Assembly: GCA_048938105.1 (NCBI GenBank)
Contig: JBHLMN010000010.1
Span: 32,001 to 96,000 of the forward strand
Source: Promethearchaeota archaeon
GTDB taxonomy: Archaea; Asgardarchaeota; Heimdallarchaeia; Hodarchaeales; Hodarchaeaceae
DNA: 64,000 nucleotides
Direction: 5' to 3'
Under the pieces are notes generated by a model that worked only from the letters and a program-made list of their open reading frames with translations, ran no database searches and was not told the DNA's origin. A program made the position numbers and the translations under genes. Below are positions 28,939 through 39,571 of the stretch, one piece after another (position 1 is the first letter of the stretch; each line of letters starts with the position of its first letter).

Positions 28939-30288
28939 ATGACGTGGTCCCCAACTCACCTAAGTCTACAGTCTATTTTATTTTGGACTTTCATACCTGC
29001 TTCCGAAAAGGAAAGGTTTCGCCAAAAAAAACTATATTTTTGGTTAGTGATAGCCTTTACAGTCGTACCTGATCTTGATGTTTTTATTGGTATACATAGA
29101 GGCATTTTTCACAGCATCGTCGTACCTTTGTTAATGATAATTCTCGGATCAATGATCTACTATAATTATCAATATATTAATCATCCTTCCTCAAATGAGC
29201 AGAAGATAGAAGACGATAGATCCTATAAACGCAGCTTTATCGGACGATGTATTTTGTATGCTGGGATTCTTTGGTTAATTCATATCCTTCTAGACTTAGA
29301 ATATCCTTTAGCCATCTTTTATCCTTTCTCTGATCATCTGTACCAATTTAACTTTGTTATTCTCTTTGATGTTATGCCTTGGTTGGTATTTCCAGCTACG
29401 ATCGCTGGAATAGGTTTTGAAATCTCGGGTATATCATATTTAAGAGGTCTGACAACATACTTTGTGAATTTACCACCTTCAATTCGGGAGGAAATATGGG
29501 GTCACAAACCTGTGGCCTTCTCTATTGATGATTTCTTTGTTCATATATTCCTATTCGTAATTTTTCTTTTGTATGTTGTTCGACCCATGGCACCAACAGT
29601 CACTTTAAACCGTTTGATTGATTGGCGAAAAAAAATCCGATTTGATGGGCCTATTTTAGCCTTTGGTATAACAATGTTAGTTATAGGTCTCGTTATTGGT
29701 CCGATGATTGGTACACATACCGTTGATACGGATTCTATTAGAAGCTCTTTCCAAGTATCACCAACTACTTTTTCTCCTACGATAGCAATTAAGTTTGAAA
29801 CCACGAACTATATACTCCAACCAAACACAATGTTCTCTGTAGAGAGTACATTAACAACAAGTTCAGATAGTGATCCTTTCGACCACATATTATTATTAAC
29901 AACTCATGAATATTATAAGAACTTCTCTAGTGGTGTATCAAAATTATTTAAGCAATATCCATTCAACTCAAGTGAAAACATTTTCTCTTTCGAAACCAAT
30001 TATCAGTCTTTACTTTCAGATCTTATCACTTATCCTTTGGCTATGAATTTAACCAACCTTAATGAAACTAGGTTATATACACAGATACCTGGTGGATCTT
30101 TTATGGTGATAGGAGTGATTGATCATTGGGATACGACACAAATCCTAAATGGTACCCACTTATCCGAGAACACTAAACTAGAAATTACAATAACATCCAA
30201 TCGTTTCAGTCTTATGGTTTTTGGAACAGCTTCAATTATTATCGGACTGGCTTCTATTATTATTTCAGTTAGGGTTAAAAAGAGGTAA
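28939..30288 (+). CDS. Membrane-bound metal-dependent hydrolase (YdjM-like) with C-terminal extracellular domain
   Basis: PDLD...HRGIFHS...HILLD motif; multiple TMs. Confidence 0.8.
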   Translation: MTWSPTHLSLQSILFWTFIPASEKERFRQKKLYFWLVIAFTVVPDLDVFIGIHRGIFHSIVVPLLMIILGSMIYYNYQYINHPSSNEQKIEDDRSYKRSFIGRCILYAGILWLIHILLDLEYPLAIFYPFSDHLYQFNFVILFDVMPWLVFPATIAGIGFEISGISYLRGLTTYFVNLPPSIREEIWGHKPVAFSIDDFFVHIFLFVIFLLYVVRPMAPTVTLNRLIDWRKKIRFDGPILAFGITMLVIGLVIGPMIGTHTVDTDSIRSSFQVSPTTFSPTIAIKFETTNYILQPNTMFSVESTLTTSSDSDPFDHILLLTTHEYYKNFSSGVSKLFKQYPFNSSENIFSFETNYQSLLSDLITYPLAMNLTNLNETRLYTQIPGGSFMVIGVIDHWDTTQILNGTHLSENTKLEITITSNRFSLMVFGTASIIIGLASIIISVRVKKR

Positions 30289-30415
30289 TTTTTGAAATAT
30301 TCAGTTATCTGATTTGACATTTGACTTCTTTAATCCTCGATCTAATGATATTTAATCCAAATTTCAAACATAAAAAAGTCCAAATTCAAAATATTTCAAT
30401 CAGGAGATAATCATC

Positions 30416-30604
30416 ATGCCTTCATATCGTTGTCAAAATTGCGGAACCGTTGTTTCACCAATTCCTAAGCATTGTGGAAAAGAGATGGTGATTGGAGAAA
30501 TTGATGGAATACCAAGCCTAATTTGTTCAGTAGGAGGGGAATCTTGTCATCATGAACCCCTTCCAAAGTGTTGTTCAATGCCAGGTTATACTAGATGGAT
30601 TTGA
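30416..30604 (+). CDS. Small Cys/His-rich metal-binding protein
   Basis: CQNCG, HCGKEM, C......C, PKCC; AGGAG RBS. Confidence 0.75.
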   Translation: MPSYRCQNCGTVVSPIPKHCGKEMVIGEIDGIPSLICSVGGESCHHEPLPKCCSMPGYTRWI

Positions 30605-30627
30605 AAAAAGTATTTCTCCAATCAATT

Positions 30628-31842
30628 TTATTTAATGAACAAATTCAAGAAACGCATAAACGGAGATATCAGAGACACCTTCCAAGGTACAGCACAATGC
30701 ACTACTTTATTGATATCTGATGAACTTAAGCGATTCAAATACCATTGAACACGATTATCTCCACCTTCCGAGATTATATCAAAGAATTGACGCAATTTAT
30801 AGGCGCTTTTAAACATCTTCAACATTTGAACTCGCCATTTTGTCTGATAATCTGATAATGGAACTTTTTCTCTAAAAAAACGCAGAATAGAGCTCGTTGC
30901 AATTGAACCTGCCACCATTGACGGAGGGATTCCACCACCAACGCTAGAAACAACTTGACATGCTGCATCACCAACTAAGAGAGTTCTTGTCTTTAAATCA
31001 ACAGTCTCTTGAAAGGGAGGACCTACAGGAACGACACCTGCAATTGTTTGTTCGATGTGTGCATTCTTGAGAATTTTACTTGCAATAGGATGAATATTTA
31101 TCAGGTTAGACAACGCTTTAGAAACATTCATGTCATTTTTTAACATAGGAAGGCGTACTCCAGCACCAACATTTGCTGTGTTCCGACTCTTGGGAATGAT
31201 CCAAGCATAAGCTCCAGGTGCATATTTTTCACCAAAAAACATCTGTACATCAGTTGAGTCATACTCATCTTCGATGTCAGTCATTAAATGTTGTTTTACA
31301 ATGACAAAATGCTTATCGGGTCTTTTATTAGCCAAACCTGTCCATTTGGCTACACGAGAACTAACCCCATCTGCTCCAACGATAACTCGAGGTGTAACTT
31401 GTAAAGATCTATCATTATCCCGAACAACTGTGATCTTATTACTTATCATACCAACGGCGCAAGCAGATGTCCAAACTTCAGCTCCATATTCTTTACCTAC
31501 TTCAATTAAATGAGTGTTCCAGTTCCCACGATGAAGAGTATACCCCTGAAAAGGAGTTCTAATGACATTTCTTTCTGGAGAGAAAAAGGAAATAGAATGA
31601 GTATATGTACTGATAAATTGTTTATCAAATGTGAAAAACGCTTGAGTATTTGGGACATCAGGCATTAAAGTAGCCAGTTCTTTAGGAGCTGGCATAAACT
31701 CACCACATTGAACAGGAAATCCAGGTTTTGGCCGATGATCAATAGCTAAAATCGAGATCTCTGACCCAGCCGACAGAGCCAATTTTGATAGAACTGTTGC
31801 ACCTGCAGGCCCTAAACCTACAATAAGAACATCCACATCCAT
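30628..31842 (-). CDS. Geranylgeranyl reductase family FAD protein
   Basis: VGLGPAG, PVQCGE, GADG, APGAYAWIIPK, VGDAA, GGGI. Confidence 0.92.
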   Translation of the reverse strand: MDVDVLIVGLGPAGATVLSKLALSAGSEISILAIDHRPKPGFPVQCGEFMPAPKELATLMPDVPNTQAFFTFDKQFISTYTHSISFFSPERNVIRTPFQGYTLHRGNWNTHLIEVGKEYGAEVWTSACAVGMISNKITVVRDNDRSLQVTPRVIVGADGVSSRVAKWTGLANKRPDKHFVIVKQHLMTDIEDEYDSTDVQMFFGEKYAPGAYAWIIPKSRNTANVGAGVRLPMLKNDMNVSKALSNLINIHPIASKILKNAHIEQTIAGVVPVGPPFQETVDLKTRTLLVGDAACQVVSSVGGGIPPSMVAGSIATSSILRFFREKVPLSDYQTKWRVQMLKMFKSAYKLRQFFDIISEGGDNRVQWYLNRLSSSDINKVVHCAVPWKVSLISPFMRFLNLFIK

Positions 31843-31906
31843 AAGATGACAACTCAAAGTACGAGAAGCGAATATGAATCTAATATTTAGCGGAAAGGGA
31901 TTTTGT

Positions 31907-33457
31907 TCAAGGTGGTAAAAGATTTCCAGCTGCAGAAAGGGCAAATTCAAGGAATGGCCCAGGAAGTATACCAATAATTATTATGAGAAGAACTGAAATT
32001 CCAATACTAAGCTGATATGATAATGGAATACTAAAAGGTGTGATTCTTTCCACTGGAATAACTGTAACATCATCTCGATCCTCTAAAGGTGTGTCTATTA
32101 TCATTAGCTTGATCACCCGAATATAGTAGAAGATTGAGATGGCACTATTAATGATTCCAATTATAGCTAACCAAACAAGGTTTGCATATATAGCTGCAAA
32201 AAATAGTAATACCTTAGAAACAAAACCAGCTAACGGGGGAATGCCCAAAAGGCTTAACAATGCGATTGTTAAACCAAAAGTTAACCATGGGTGTTTTTTT
32301 CTTAAACCTACATAATCTTCGATCTTCTCACTATGAATAGAAAACGTAATAACAATCACTGCTGTAAAAGCAACGATTTTCATCAATGCATGAGTGAGGA
32401 TATGCATCTCAGCGGCAGCAATAGAAAATTCTGCAACAGAAAAGTCTAGATTTCCAATAACTGAAGAGATTGGGCTACTGGTCGCTGCAGCTAATGCAAT
32501 GAGAATATACCCTGCGTGGGCAATACTAGAATAAGCTAACATTCTTTTAATATTCTCTTGGACTAAAGCGACTACATTTCCTAAAGTCATTGTGAGAATT
32601 GCAAGTAATGCAAACAAATAACCCCAAATAACATCTATTTCAGTCAGACCAGCAACAATAATACGGAATACAGCTACAAAACCTAGAGCTTTGGATCCTG
32701 CTGCTAAAAAGGTTGTAATGGTTGTAGGTGTTCCCTGATATACATCAACAGCCCATGCATGAAATGGAACAACAGCCATCTTGTATCCAAAACCAACTAA
32801 TAAGAACATCAAAGCAAGAAGGTGAAATGGGGAGTAGTCTGAAGTATCTGCAAACTTCATAATGACCCGATCAATGCTTGTTGAACCCACAATCCCATAA
32901 ACTAATGAGATACCAAACAGTATAAAGGCTGAAGACATGGCACCAATTAGAAATAATTTCAAGGCACTCTCACCGGTTTCTGGTCGGCTTTTCTGAAAAG
33001 CTGCTAAAGCATATACAGGAAGACTTCCCAATTCCCATGCAACAAACAAGATTAATAGATCATTTGCTGCAGCAACCAACAACATTCCAATCGTTGCAAA
33101 TATCAAAAGAATATAATATATTCCTACATTCTTTTCGGAATTCATATAATCAATACTCGATGTTGAAACAAATAGCAACACTATAAGAAAGATAATGGCA
33201 AAAAAACGAGAGAAATTATCTATAACAAAAAGACCTGTTGTACTTGAAATGTCAAAGAGGTTAGCTGCATTCCCAAATACATAAACGATACCAGTATCTA
33301 TCCCGATAATTATGTAATATAAGGAAAAAAGACTTCCTATTATGGTAACAGGTGCAAAAATTCTGTGATCCATATCGAAAGCTTCTAGGACTATACAAAT
33401 AATGATAGTTCCAATTAACGATAAAAAAGGAAAAAATATAACCAGGGGATCACTCAT
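31907..33457 (-). CDS. nuoN: Complex I-like subunit N (antiporter-like)
   Basis: WELGSLP, ESALK, YKMAVVPFHAWAVDVYQG, KRMLAYSSIAHAGY, SLLGIPPLAGF. Confidence 0.93.
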   Translation of the reverse strand: MSDPLVIFFPFLSLIGTIIICIVLEAFDMDHRIFAPVTIIGSLFSLYYIIIGIDTGIVYVFGNAANLFDISSTTGLFVIDNFSRFFAIIFLIVLLFVSTSSIDYMNSEKNVGIYYILLIFATIGMLLVAAANDLLILFVAWELGSLPVYALAAFQKSRPETGESALKLFLIGAMSSAFILFGISLVYGIVGSTSIDRVIMKFADTSDYSPFHLLALMFLLVGFGYKMAVVPFHAWAVDVYQGTPTTITTFLAAGSKALGFVAVFRIIVAGLTEIDVIWGYLFALLAILTMTLGNVVALVQENIKRMLAYSSIAHAGYILIALAAATSSPISSVIGNLDFSVAEFSIAAAEMHILTHALMKIVAFTAVIVITFSIHSEKIEDYVGLRKKHPWLTFGLTIALLSLLGIPPLAGFVSKVLLFFAAIYANLVWLAIIGIINSAISIFYYIRVIKLMIIDTPLEDRDDVTVIPVERITPFSIPLSYQLSIGISVLLIIIIGILPGPFLEFALSAAGNLLPP

Positions 33458-33493
33458 GGATTCAATTCACCTTGATTTTTCACTTTTTATATT

Positions 33494-35011
33494 TCAGATT
33501 GGCCAATTTGCAGTTGCCATTAAATCCAATAAAAGTGCTGGAAATACTCCAAGTAGTAATGTAAAGAAACATAGAAATCCAAAGACGGCATATTGAGACC
33601 AGTGTGATATATCGTGCACATGTTCTAATTCAGGATTGACATCACCAAATACTGTCCTTTGTAACAACCATAAATAATATGCTGCGGTAAAAATAATCCC
33701 GAGGACTCCAATGAAAGCTAATCCTCTGCCAAATTCACCCCAATTGAACAAAGCAACAAAAGCAAGCAATTCAGACCAAAATCCAGCTAAACCTGGTAAG
33801 CCAGCACTAGCAAACGATCCATAAACCATGACTCCCGCAGTCACAGGCATATTCTTAGCTATCCCTTTAAGTTTGGGTATATCTCGAGTGTGTGCAGCAT
33901 GTCCAATAGTACCAGCAACAAAGAACATTAGGGGAGAGATGATTCCATGGGCAATTTGCATGTACATTGCACCAGCGAATCCTATAGGGGATTGAGTTGC
34001 ACATCCAAGAAGAACAATTCCCATGTGGCCAACTGACGAATAAGCAACAAGACTTTTCATATCAACTTGACGAAGAGCTACCCAAGCCCCATATAATAAT
34101 GAAATCAATCCAATAATAGCAACTAACCAGGCAAACTCTGATAAAGCATCAGGTAAGAACCAACCACCCATTCTCAACAGGCCATAACCACCCATTTTCA
34201 GGAGTAATCCAGCAAGAATCATTGAACCTGGTGTTGGAGCTTCAACGTGAGCTAAGGGTAACCAAGTATGGAATGGAACGCTGGGTACTTTCACTATAAA
34301 ACCAAATAATAAGGCTAGAAAGATCAATAGAACAAATGGCTCTGCTCCAAATTGGTCAGCCATATTAGTTAACTCAGTAAATGAAAAAGTGCCAATACCT
34401 GTTCCAGTATATTTTGATGATTCTAACCAAAGACCTATTATACCTAAAATCATGACTAAAGACGCAACATGTGTATAAATAAAGAAGTATAATGCTGCAT
34501 ATTCCTTTTTAGGACCACCCCAAATCCCGATGAGGAAAAACATTGGAACCAAGACTAATTCCCAAGCAACATAAAATATGATGAAATCTGTTGCAAGAAA
34601 TGTTCCAATGAGGCCTGTTTCAAGAAGCATTATCATTGCATAATATGCGGGTTCTCTCTCATGAATTTCTTTGAATGAAGCCAGGACTGCTACTAAGAAT
34701 ACAAACCCACTTAATAAAACCAATGGTAAGCTTAATCCATCAACTCCTAGCGAATAACTCATTCCAATAGCTTCAATCCAAGGAATTTCTTCTATTAAAT
34801 CCCAACTACCAGTAGGAGGTTGTTCATACATCATTAAGGCTATAATGGCTAAAACCATGACAACAGCACTGATGATAAATGCAAACCACTTTGAAAGCTC
34901 ATTACGGACACGTCCTACTAACCATGTTGGAAATGCTGCCAAAATTGGAAGTAAGAAGATCAGAGATAGTATTCCGATATTGAGATCACCAAAACTTAAT
35001 TGTGTCAACAT
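33494..35011 (-). CDS. nuoM: Complex I-like subunit M (antiporter-like)
   Basis: LGVDGLS, WELVLVPM, VKVPSVPFHTWLPLAHVEAP, LLKMGGYG, AYSSVGHMG. Confidence 0.95.
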   Translation of the reverse strand: MLTQLSFGDLNIGILSLIFLLPILAAFPTWLVGRVRNELSKWFAFIISAVVMVLAIIALMMYEQPPTGSWDLIEEIPWIEAIGMSYSLGVDGLSLPLVLLSGFVFLVAVLASFKEIHEREPAYYAMIMLLETGLIGTFLATDFIIFYVAWELVLVPMFFLIGIWGGPKKEYAALYFFIYTHVASLVMILGIIGLWLESSKYTGTGIGTFSFTELTNMADQFGAEPFVLLIFLALLFGFIVKVPSVPFHTWLPLAHVEAPTPGSMILAGLLLKMGGYGLLRMGGWFLPDALSEFAWLVAIIGLISLLYGAWVALRQVDMKSLVAYSSVGHMGIVLLGCATQSPIGFAGAMYMQIAHGIISPLMFFVAGTIGHAAHTRDIPKLKGIAKNMPVTAGVMVYGSFASAGLPGLAGFWSELLAFVALFNWGEFGRGLAFIGVLGIIFTAAYYLWLLQRTVFGDVNPELEHVHDISHWSQYAVFGFLCFFTLLLGVFPALLLDLMATANWPI

Positions 35012-35044
35012 TTGTCTTCAACCTTTATTCTTTTTTTCCTTCTT

Positions 35045-35266
35045 TTAGAGGGGTATCACCCCTGCTACAATAATCGCAATTAATATAAGAGAAACCGCCC
35101 CTAATAGAGTATAGAGAGCATAATTTTCTACTACTCCTGTTTGTATTCGACGTAAATAACCCCCTGTTTTCATAACTCCTTTAGCTGAGTTTCGAATAAT
35201 ACCATGATCAATTACTTTTTCTAGAATTCGTTGAATACCTCTAGCAAATATTGTTGATTCAGACAT
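35045..35266 (-). CDS. Mini-NuoL: stand-alone C-terminal lateral helix + terminal TM of NuoL
   Basis: EKVIDHGII...GGYLRRIQTGVVENYALY + TM matches the NuoL/ND5 C-terminus; sits at the nuoL position between nuoK and nuoM; own ATG and purine-rich leader. Confidence 0.85.
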   Translation of the reverse strand: MSESTIFARGIQRILEKVIDHGIIRNSAKGVMKTGGYLRRIQTGVVENYALYTLLGAVSLILIAIIVAGVIPL

Positions 35267-35281
35267 GAGTAATTCTTCCTT

Positions 35282-35596
35282 CTAACCTTTAAGTTCAACA
35301 AAATCTGTAGCATCTATTGTCCCGTGTGTTCGAAAGATCGATAAAATTATCCCAAGGCCAACGGCTGCCTCCGCTGCTGCCAATGCAATGCTGATAATAA
35401 CAGCCACATGCCCAGTGACAAAAGTAACATCATTATATAATGCAAAAATGGCAAAATTAATGTTAGCAGAGTTTATCATAATTTCAATTGATATCAACAT
35501 TCGTACTGCTGATTGAGACTTAATGAACCCTGCGAAACCAATCAAGAATAAAATAAGGGCAATTCCAACAAAAATCCAAGCATCTAAGTCAATCAT
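35282..35596 (-). CDS. nuoK: Complex I-like subunit K
   Basis: SIEIMINSAN, AAAEAAVGLGI. Confidence 0.95.
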   Translation of the reverse strand: MIDLDAWIFVGIALILFLIGFAGFIKSQSAVRMLISIEIMINSANINFAIFALYNDVTFVTGHVAVIISIALAAAEAAVGLGIILSIFRTHGTIDATDFVELKG

Positions 35597-36156
35597 ATAT
35601 CTTCTACCTCTTTTTTAACTAGATAAACACTACCAAGCATTGCTGCAAGTAAAAGGAATCCTAACACTAATATTGTCCCCCCATGAACCGTGAATAACAT
35701 CTCAGCCACATCTCCTATTAGATCTATTTCACTAGGTTTGTTGGTCGGATTTTGCCTCAGGTTTTGCCAAAATATAGGACTGACTTGTGAAAGTACAAAA
35801 AGTGCGATGATAAGTAGAATAAATCCCCCCGCAAAACTTAATCGCCAATCTAATAATTTCAAACCTTTTTGTTCCTCGTACATGGCTTCTTTTCCCGAAA
35901 GAGTAATCGCAAAAACAATTAACACAGTGATTCCTCCAGCATATACAATCATCTGAATAACTAAGAGAAGAGATGACTCAGCATATAGCAAAAAAATCAT
36001 GGCAACCCCCAATAAGGTGAATACTAGCCAGAGTACTGCATGGTAGACACTTTTAACTGTAACGGCTAAGAATGCAGAACCTATAGTATATCCAATTAAT
36101 ATAAAGAAAAATAATAATTCTAGAGTTTGAAATAACTCGTTAGGAATTAAAGTCAT
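35593..36156 (-). CDS. nuoJ: Complex I-like subunit J
   Basis: HAVLWL, QMIVYAGGITVLIVF, LLAAMLGSV. Confidence 0.93.
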   Translation of the reverse strand: MTLIPNELFQTLELLFFFILIGYTIGSAFLAVTVKSVYHAVLWLVFTLLGVAMIFLLYAESSLLLVIQMIVYAGGITVLIVFAITLSGKEAMYEEQKGLKLLDWRLSFAGGFILLIIALFVLSQVSPIFWQNLRQNPTNKPSEIDLIGDVAEMLFTVHGGTILVLGFLLLAAMLGSVYLVKKEVEDI

Positions 36157-36785
36157 TTTAAATCATCCTCTTCCTTATTCTTAGAAGTTAAAAACTCCCC
36201 AATTGATTTTCCATATGTTTCTACATACTCTTGTTGTTGTAATTCATGTTCTTTGGGGTAATATAACTTATAAACATCGTATAAATCTAAATAAGTGTAA
36301 TATAATTCTTCTTTATTTGAAGTAGCCCCATCAAATCCAGCTGAATGATGTAAAGCTTCATACCTACACGCTTCGACACAAAAGCCACAATACATACATC
36401 GTCCGATAAATATCTGAGGAGATTCTAATGGCCTCTTCTTTTCCCAGTGAGGTGGTTGAGGATCTAGTAGCTTCATTTCTATGCATTTATTGGGACAAGC
36501 TCTTTCACAGGCTTTACAACCAGTGCAATTCATAAGATTTAAAGCTATTAATCCACGAAAATTAGGCGAAATATGGGGAGTGTGACTGAAAACGTCCGAA
36601 AGGGATAGATCTCTATCTAAAACTGTTTGTCCTTTTTTAGCGAGTTCTTTTGGAAAATAAATTGTATTTTTGTTTCTACGGTCACCATCAGGTATAGTAA
36701 TTGGTTTTTTTAAGAAGACATGTCGGAAGATATAAGCCAACGGACGCGTAATAAATAAATTTGGGATATAACGAAAATTTACCAT
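36153..36785 (-). CDS. nuoI: Complex I-like subunit I (2x[4Fe-4S])
   Basis: FRG, CTGCKACERACP, CMYCGFCVEAC. Confidence 0.93.
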   Translation of the reverse strand: MVNFRYIPNLFITRPLAYIFRHVFLKKPITIPDGDRRNKNTIYFPKELAKKGQTVLDRDLSLSDVFSHTPHISPNFRGLIALNLMNCTGCKACERACPNKCIEMKLLDPQPPHWEKKRPLESPQIFIGRCMYCGFCVEACRYEALHHSAGFDGATSNKEELYYTYLDLYDVYKLYYPKEHELQQQEYVETYGKSIGEFLTSKNKEEDDLK

Positions 36786-37955
36786 TTAAGAAATCGCTCC
36801 GAAAAATTGGGGATAGTACAGCATAACGAATACAATATAGACTATATTTAGAATTGCTAGCGGAATTAATCCCTTCCATCCAATATCTAGTAACTGGTCT
36901 GGTCTTACCCTTGGTAATGAAGCACGTACCCAGATATACAAGAAAGCGAATACCCACAACTTCACTAAAATAATCATAAAAGCAAGAAGATGAATTGTCT
37001 CAATTTCAGACTTAAAGAGATTAAAAGGTAAATAAGGCCCTCCCCAAAAGAGAAAGACCCCTATAAATGCCCCGATCAAGAGGATAAAATATTCAGTCGC
37101 CATAGACATCATATATCGAAAACCAGTAAGTTCAGTTCGCCAACCCATAACTAATTCTGCCTCAGCTTCAGGAATATCAAATGGAACTCTCTCTGTTTCT
37201 GCTGTTAATGCAGCCATGAAGACAAAAAATCCTATAGGCATCAGAATAGCAAAAGGAAAAAGTAGATCAGATTGTTGTTTAGAAATTTCAATAAATGAGA
37301 AAGAGTTGGTCACTAATACGACAGATGCAATAGAGAGCATCAGTGGAATCTCGTAACTAATCATTTGAACAGCTGATCGAAATCCTCCTATGAGAGAATA
37401 TTTATTGTTTGAAGACCATCCTGTGATAAGTACACCAACAGGATATAAAGAAAAAAGAGCAAATATGAGTAAGAAACCTACAGCAGGATCAGCAACTACC
37501 AAAGATGCCCCTAAGGGTAGTAATGCCCCTAGTATGAATGGAGGAGCTACTATGAATGCAAAAAACCCAACATTAAAAGGAAATTTGTCTGCTTTTTCGG
37601 GTACAATATCTTCCTTGGAGAAAAATTTCAGGAACTCGGCAATATTCTGTAATAATCCAAATTTCCATGTTCTGCCGAAGATATGACCATAGTTAAAATC
37701 GATAAAGACTGGTCCTCGTGCTGTCCAAGCCCTTCCTGACGAAATCTTTCTTTCTAACCAGATTAACATAATTGTATTGACAATTAAAAATACAAGGATA
37801 GTTGTCATTTCCAGTGAATCGATTAAAAATGATCTTATTGGGCCTACCTGTTCGTCGGGAATAAGTCCGAAATCAAGTAAAATTGGTACGATCCCTGGCC
37901 AGAAATCCAAGCCATCAACAAGCCAATCATATAAACCATAACCCATAATCTTCAC
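36786..37955 (-). CDS. nuoH: Complex I-like subunit H
   Basis: WLERKI, GWSSNNKYSLIGG, QMISYE, RVPFDIPEAEAELV, LPRVRPDQL. Confidence 0.96.
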   Translation of the reverse strand: MKIMGYGLYDWLVDGLDFWPGIVPILLDFGLIPDEQVGPIRSFLIDSLEMTTILVFLIVNTIMLIWLERKISSGRAWTARGPVFIDFNYGHIFGRTWKFGLLQNIAEFLKFFSKEDIVPEKADKFPFNVGFFAFIVAPPFILGALLPLGASLVVADPAVGFLLIFALFSLYPVGVLITGWSSNNKYSLIGGFRSAVQMISYEIPLMLSIASVVLVTNSFSFIEISKQQSDLLFPFAILMPIGFFVFMAALTAETERVPFDIPEAEAELVMGWRTELTGFRYMMSMATEYFILLIGAFIGVFLFWGGPYLPFNLFKSEIETIHLLAFMIILVKLWVFAFLYIWVRASLPRVRPDQLLDIGWKGLIPLAILNIVYIVFVMLYYPQFFGAIS

Positions 37956-39044
37956 CTATCGGTCTATTTCTCCCATGCAAAGGTCTATACTTGCAACAGT
38001 AGGAGCTATATCTGCCACTTTAGCCCCTTTAAGAATATAATTACATATTGCTAAATTGGAATAAGCAGGAGATTTTATCTTCACGCGATAAGGAACTTGA
38101 TCGTCATTCCCAATAATGTAAAAAGCACCTTCTCCACGGGGATCTTCTGTTCGAAAGTAAACATCCCCGTTAGGTAACTTTCGAGGAGGTTTTTGGTATA
38201 TTTCCCCTTCCGAAGGTATTTGATCGAGTGCCTGCCGAATTATCCTAATAGATTGAAACATCTCTTCCATTCGAATCTCATATCGAGCATAGCAATCTCC
38301 AGCAGTACGCACCGGAATATCAAATTCAAGTTCATCATATACTAAATATGGTTCAATCTTCCGTATATCAGCCTGAATTCCTGAAGCACGTAAAACAGGA
38401 CCAGTAACACCAAGATTTAACGCGTCATTTTTAGTTATGATTCCCACTTTCTCACTCCGGAGCATAAACACCTTTGAGTCATCCAAGATAGCCCGATATT
38501 CCTTTAATCGTTCTTCAAGATAATGAGTGAGATTGTAACAGTCTTCTTTGAATCCATGTGGTAGATCACCACGTAATCCCCCTGCAGTGAAGTAATTATA
38601 CATCATTCGGGAACCAGTAACATGTTCTAAGAGATCTAATACGTATTCTCTTTCCCGATATGCGATAACTAACATGGTTACTACTCCGACATCAGTAGAA
38701 TAAGCTGAAAGCCAGGTCAAGTGAGAAGCAATTCGTTGAAGTTCTAACATGATTGTACGAATATATTGAGCCCGTTTACTCACCACAACTCCCATTAACT
38801 TCTCAACAGCCATAGTATAACTAGCCTCCCAACTCATCGCTGAAACGTAACAGAGGCGGTTTGTTAAGGGTTGAAAAGCATTATAGGGACGTGACTCGGC
38901 AATTTTTTCAATCATCCTAAAAACATAACCAATTAACACCTCTGCATCAATTACAAGTTCACCTGCAGTCTTTACTTTCAAAGTCCACAAGCCATGATTT
39001 ACTGGGTGCTGAGGGCCCATATGGATGTACATCTGTTCACTCAT
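37956..39044 (-). CDS. nuoD: Complex I-like subunit D
   Basis: MGPQHP..HG, RLCY, ELQRIASH, GPVLRASG, PRGE, GEIDR; no NiFe CxxC pairs. Confidence 0.95.
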   Translation of the reverse strand: MSEQMYIHMGPQHPVNHGLWTLKVKTAGELVIDAEVLIGYVFRMIEKIAESRPYNAFQPLTNRLCYVSAMSWEASYTMAVEKLMGVVVSKRAQYIRTIMLELQRIASHLTWLSAYSTDVGVVTMLVIAYREREYVLDLLEHVTGSRMMYNYFTAGGLRGDLPHGFKEDCYNLTHYLEERLKEYRAILDDSKVFMLRSEKVGIITKNDALNLGVTGPVLRASGIQADIRKIEPYLVYDELEFDIPVRTAGDCYARYEIRMEEMFQSIRIIRQALDQIPSEGEIYQKPPRKLPNGDVYFRTEDPRGEGAFYIIGNDDQVPYRVKIKSPAYSNLAICNYILKGAKVADIAPTVASIDLCMGEIDR

Positions 39045-39061
39045 GATAATTATAACTCCCA

Positions 39062-39571
39062 TTATTTAGGATGAGGTTTGAAAGAAAAAGGTTTTTCAGG
39101 TAATTGATAATTACGGCGCATGGGATGCAGTTCTGAAATGTGTTTATGCTCATAATCATCCCATTCTTCAGGAAGAAGTAACCGTTTTAAATTCGGATGA
39201 TTTTTTATGTTTATTCCAAAAAGATCAAACAGTTCTCGTTCGTGCCAATTTGCAGATTCCCATATAGGAGTTATTGTTGGGATGGCTGGGTTTTCTCGGT
39301 CACTAACCTTGACATGAACTTGTAAAACTGTTGGATCACCATCCCATCTATCAATATGGTAGACTACCTCAAAATATGTTTCATAATCTACTCCTGAAAT
39401 CGCTTCTAAGGATGTAAATTTTAACTCTGAAGCAATATATCTCATAATATCTACCAAATCATCTACAGGGATTTGTAACCGAATACGATGAGACTCAGAT
39501 ATTTCTGCTATTGATAATTTTGTATCAAATCTCTCTTTCAATTGTTTTAGATGATTCTCTGTAACAGACAT
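39062..39571 (-). CDS. nuoC: Complex I-like subunit C
   Basis: ANWHERELFDLFGI...HPNLKRLLLP...HPMRR. Confidence 0.95.
   Translation of the reverse strand: MSVTENHLKQLKERFDTKLSIAEISESHRIRLQIPVDDLVDIMRYIASELKFTSLEAISGVDYETYFEVVYHIDRWDGDPTVLQVHVKVSDRENPAIPTITPIWESANWHERELFDLFGINIKNHPNLKRLLLPEEWDDYEHKHISELHPMRRNYQLPEKPFSFKPHPK

Noticed and set aside
37956-39062. Group 4 [NiFe]-hydrogenase large subunit
   Set aside because: Both CxxC nickel-binding motifs are incomplete (RLCYVS, DLCMGE)
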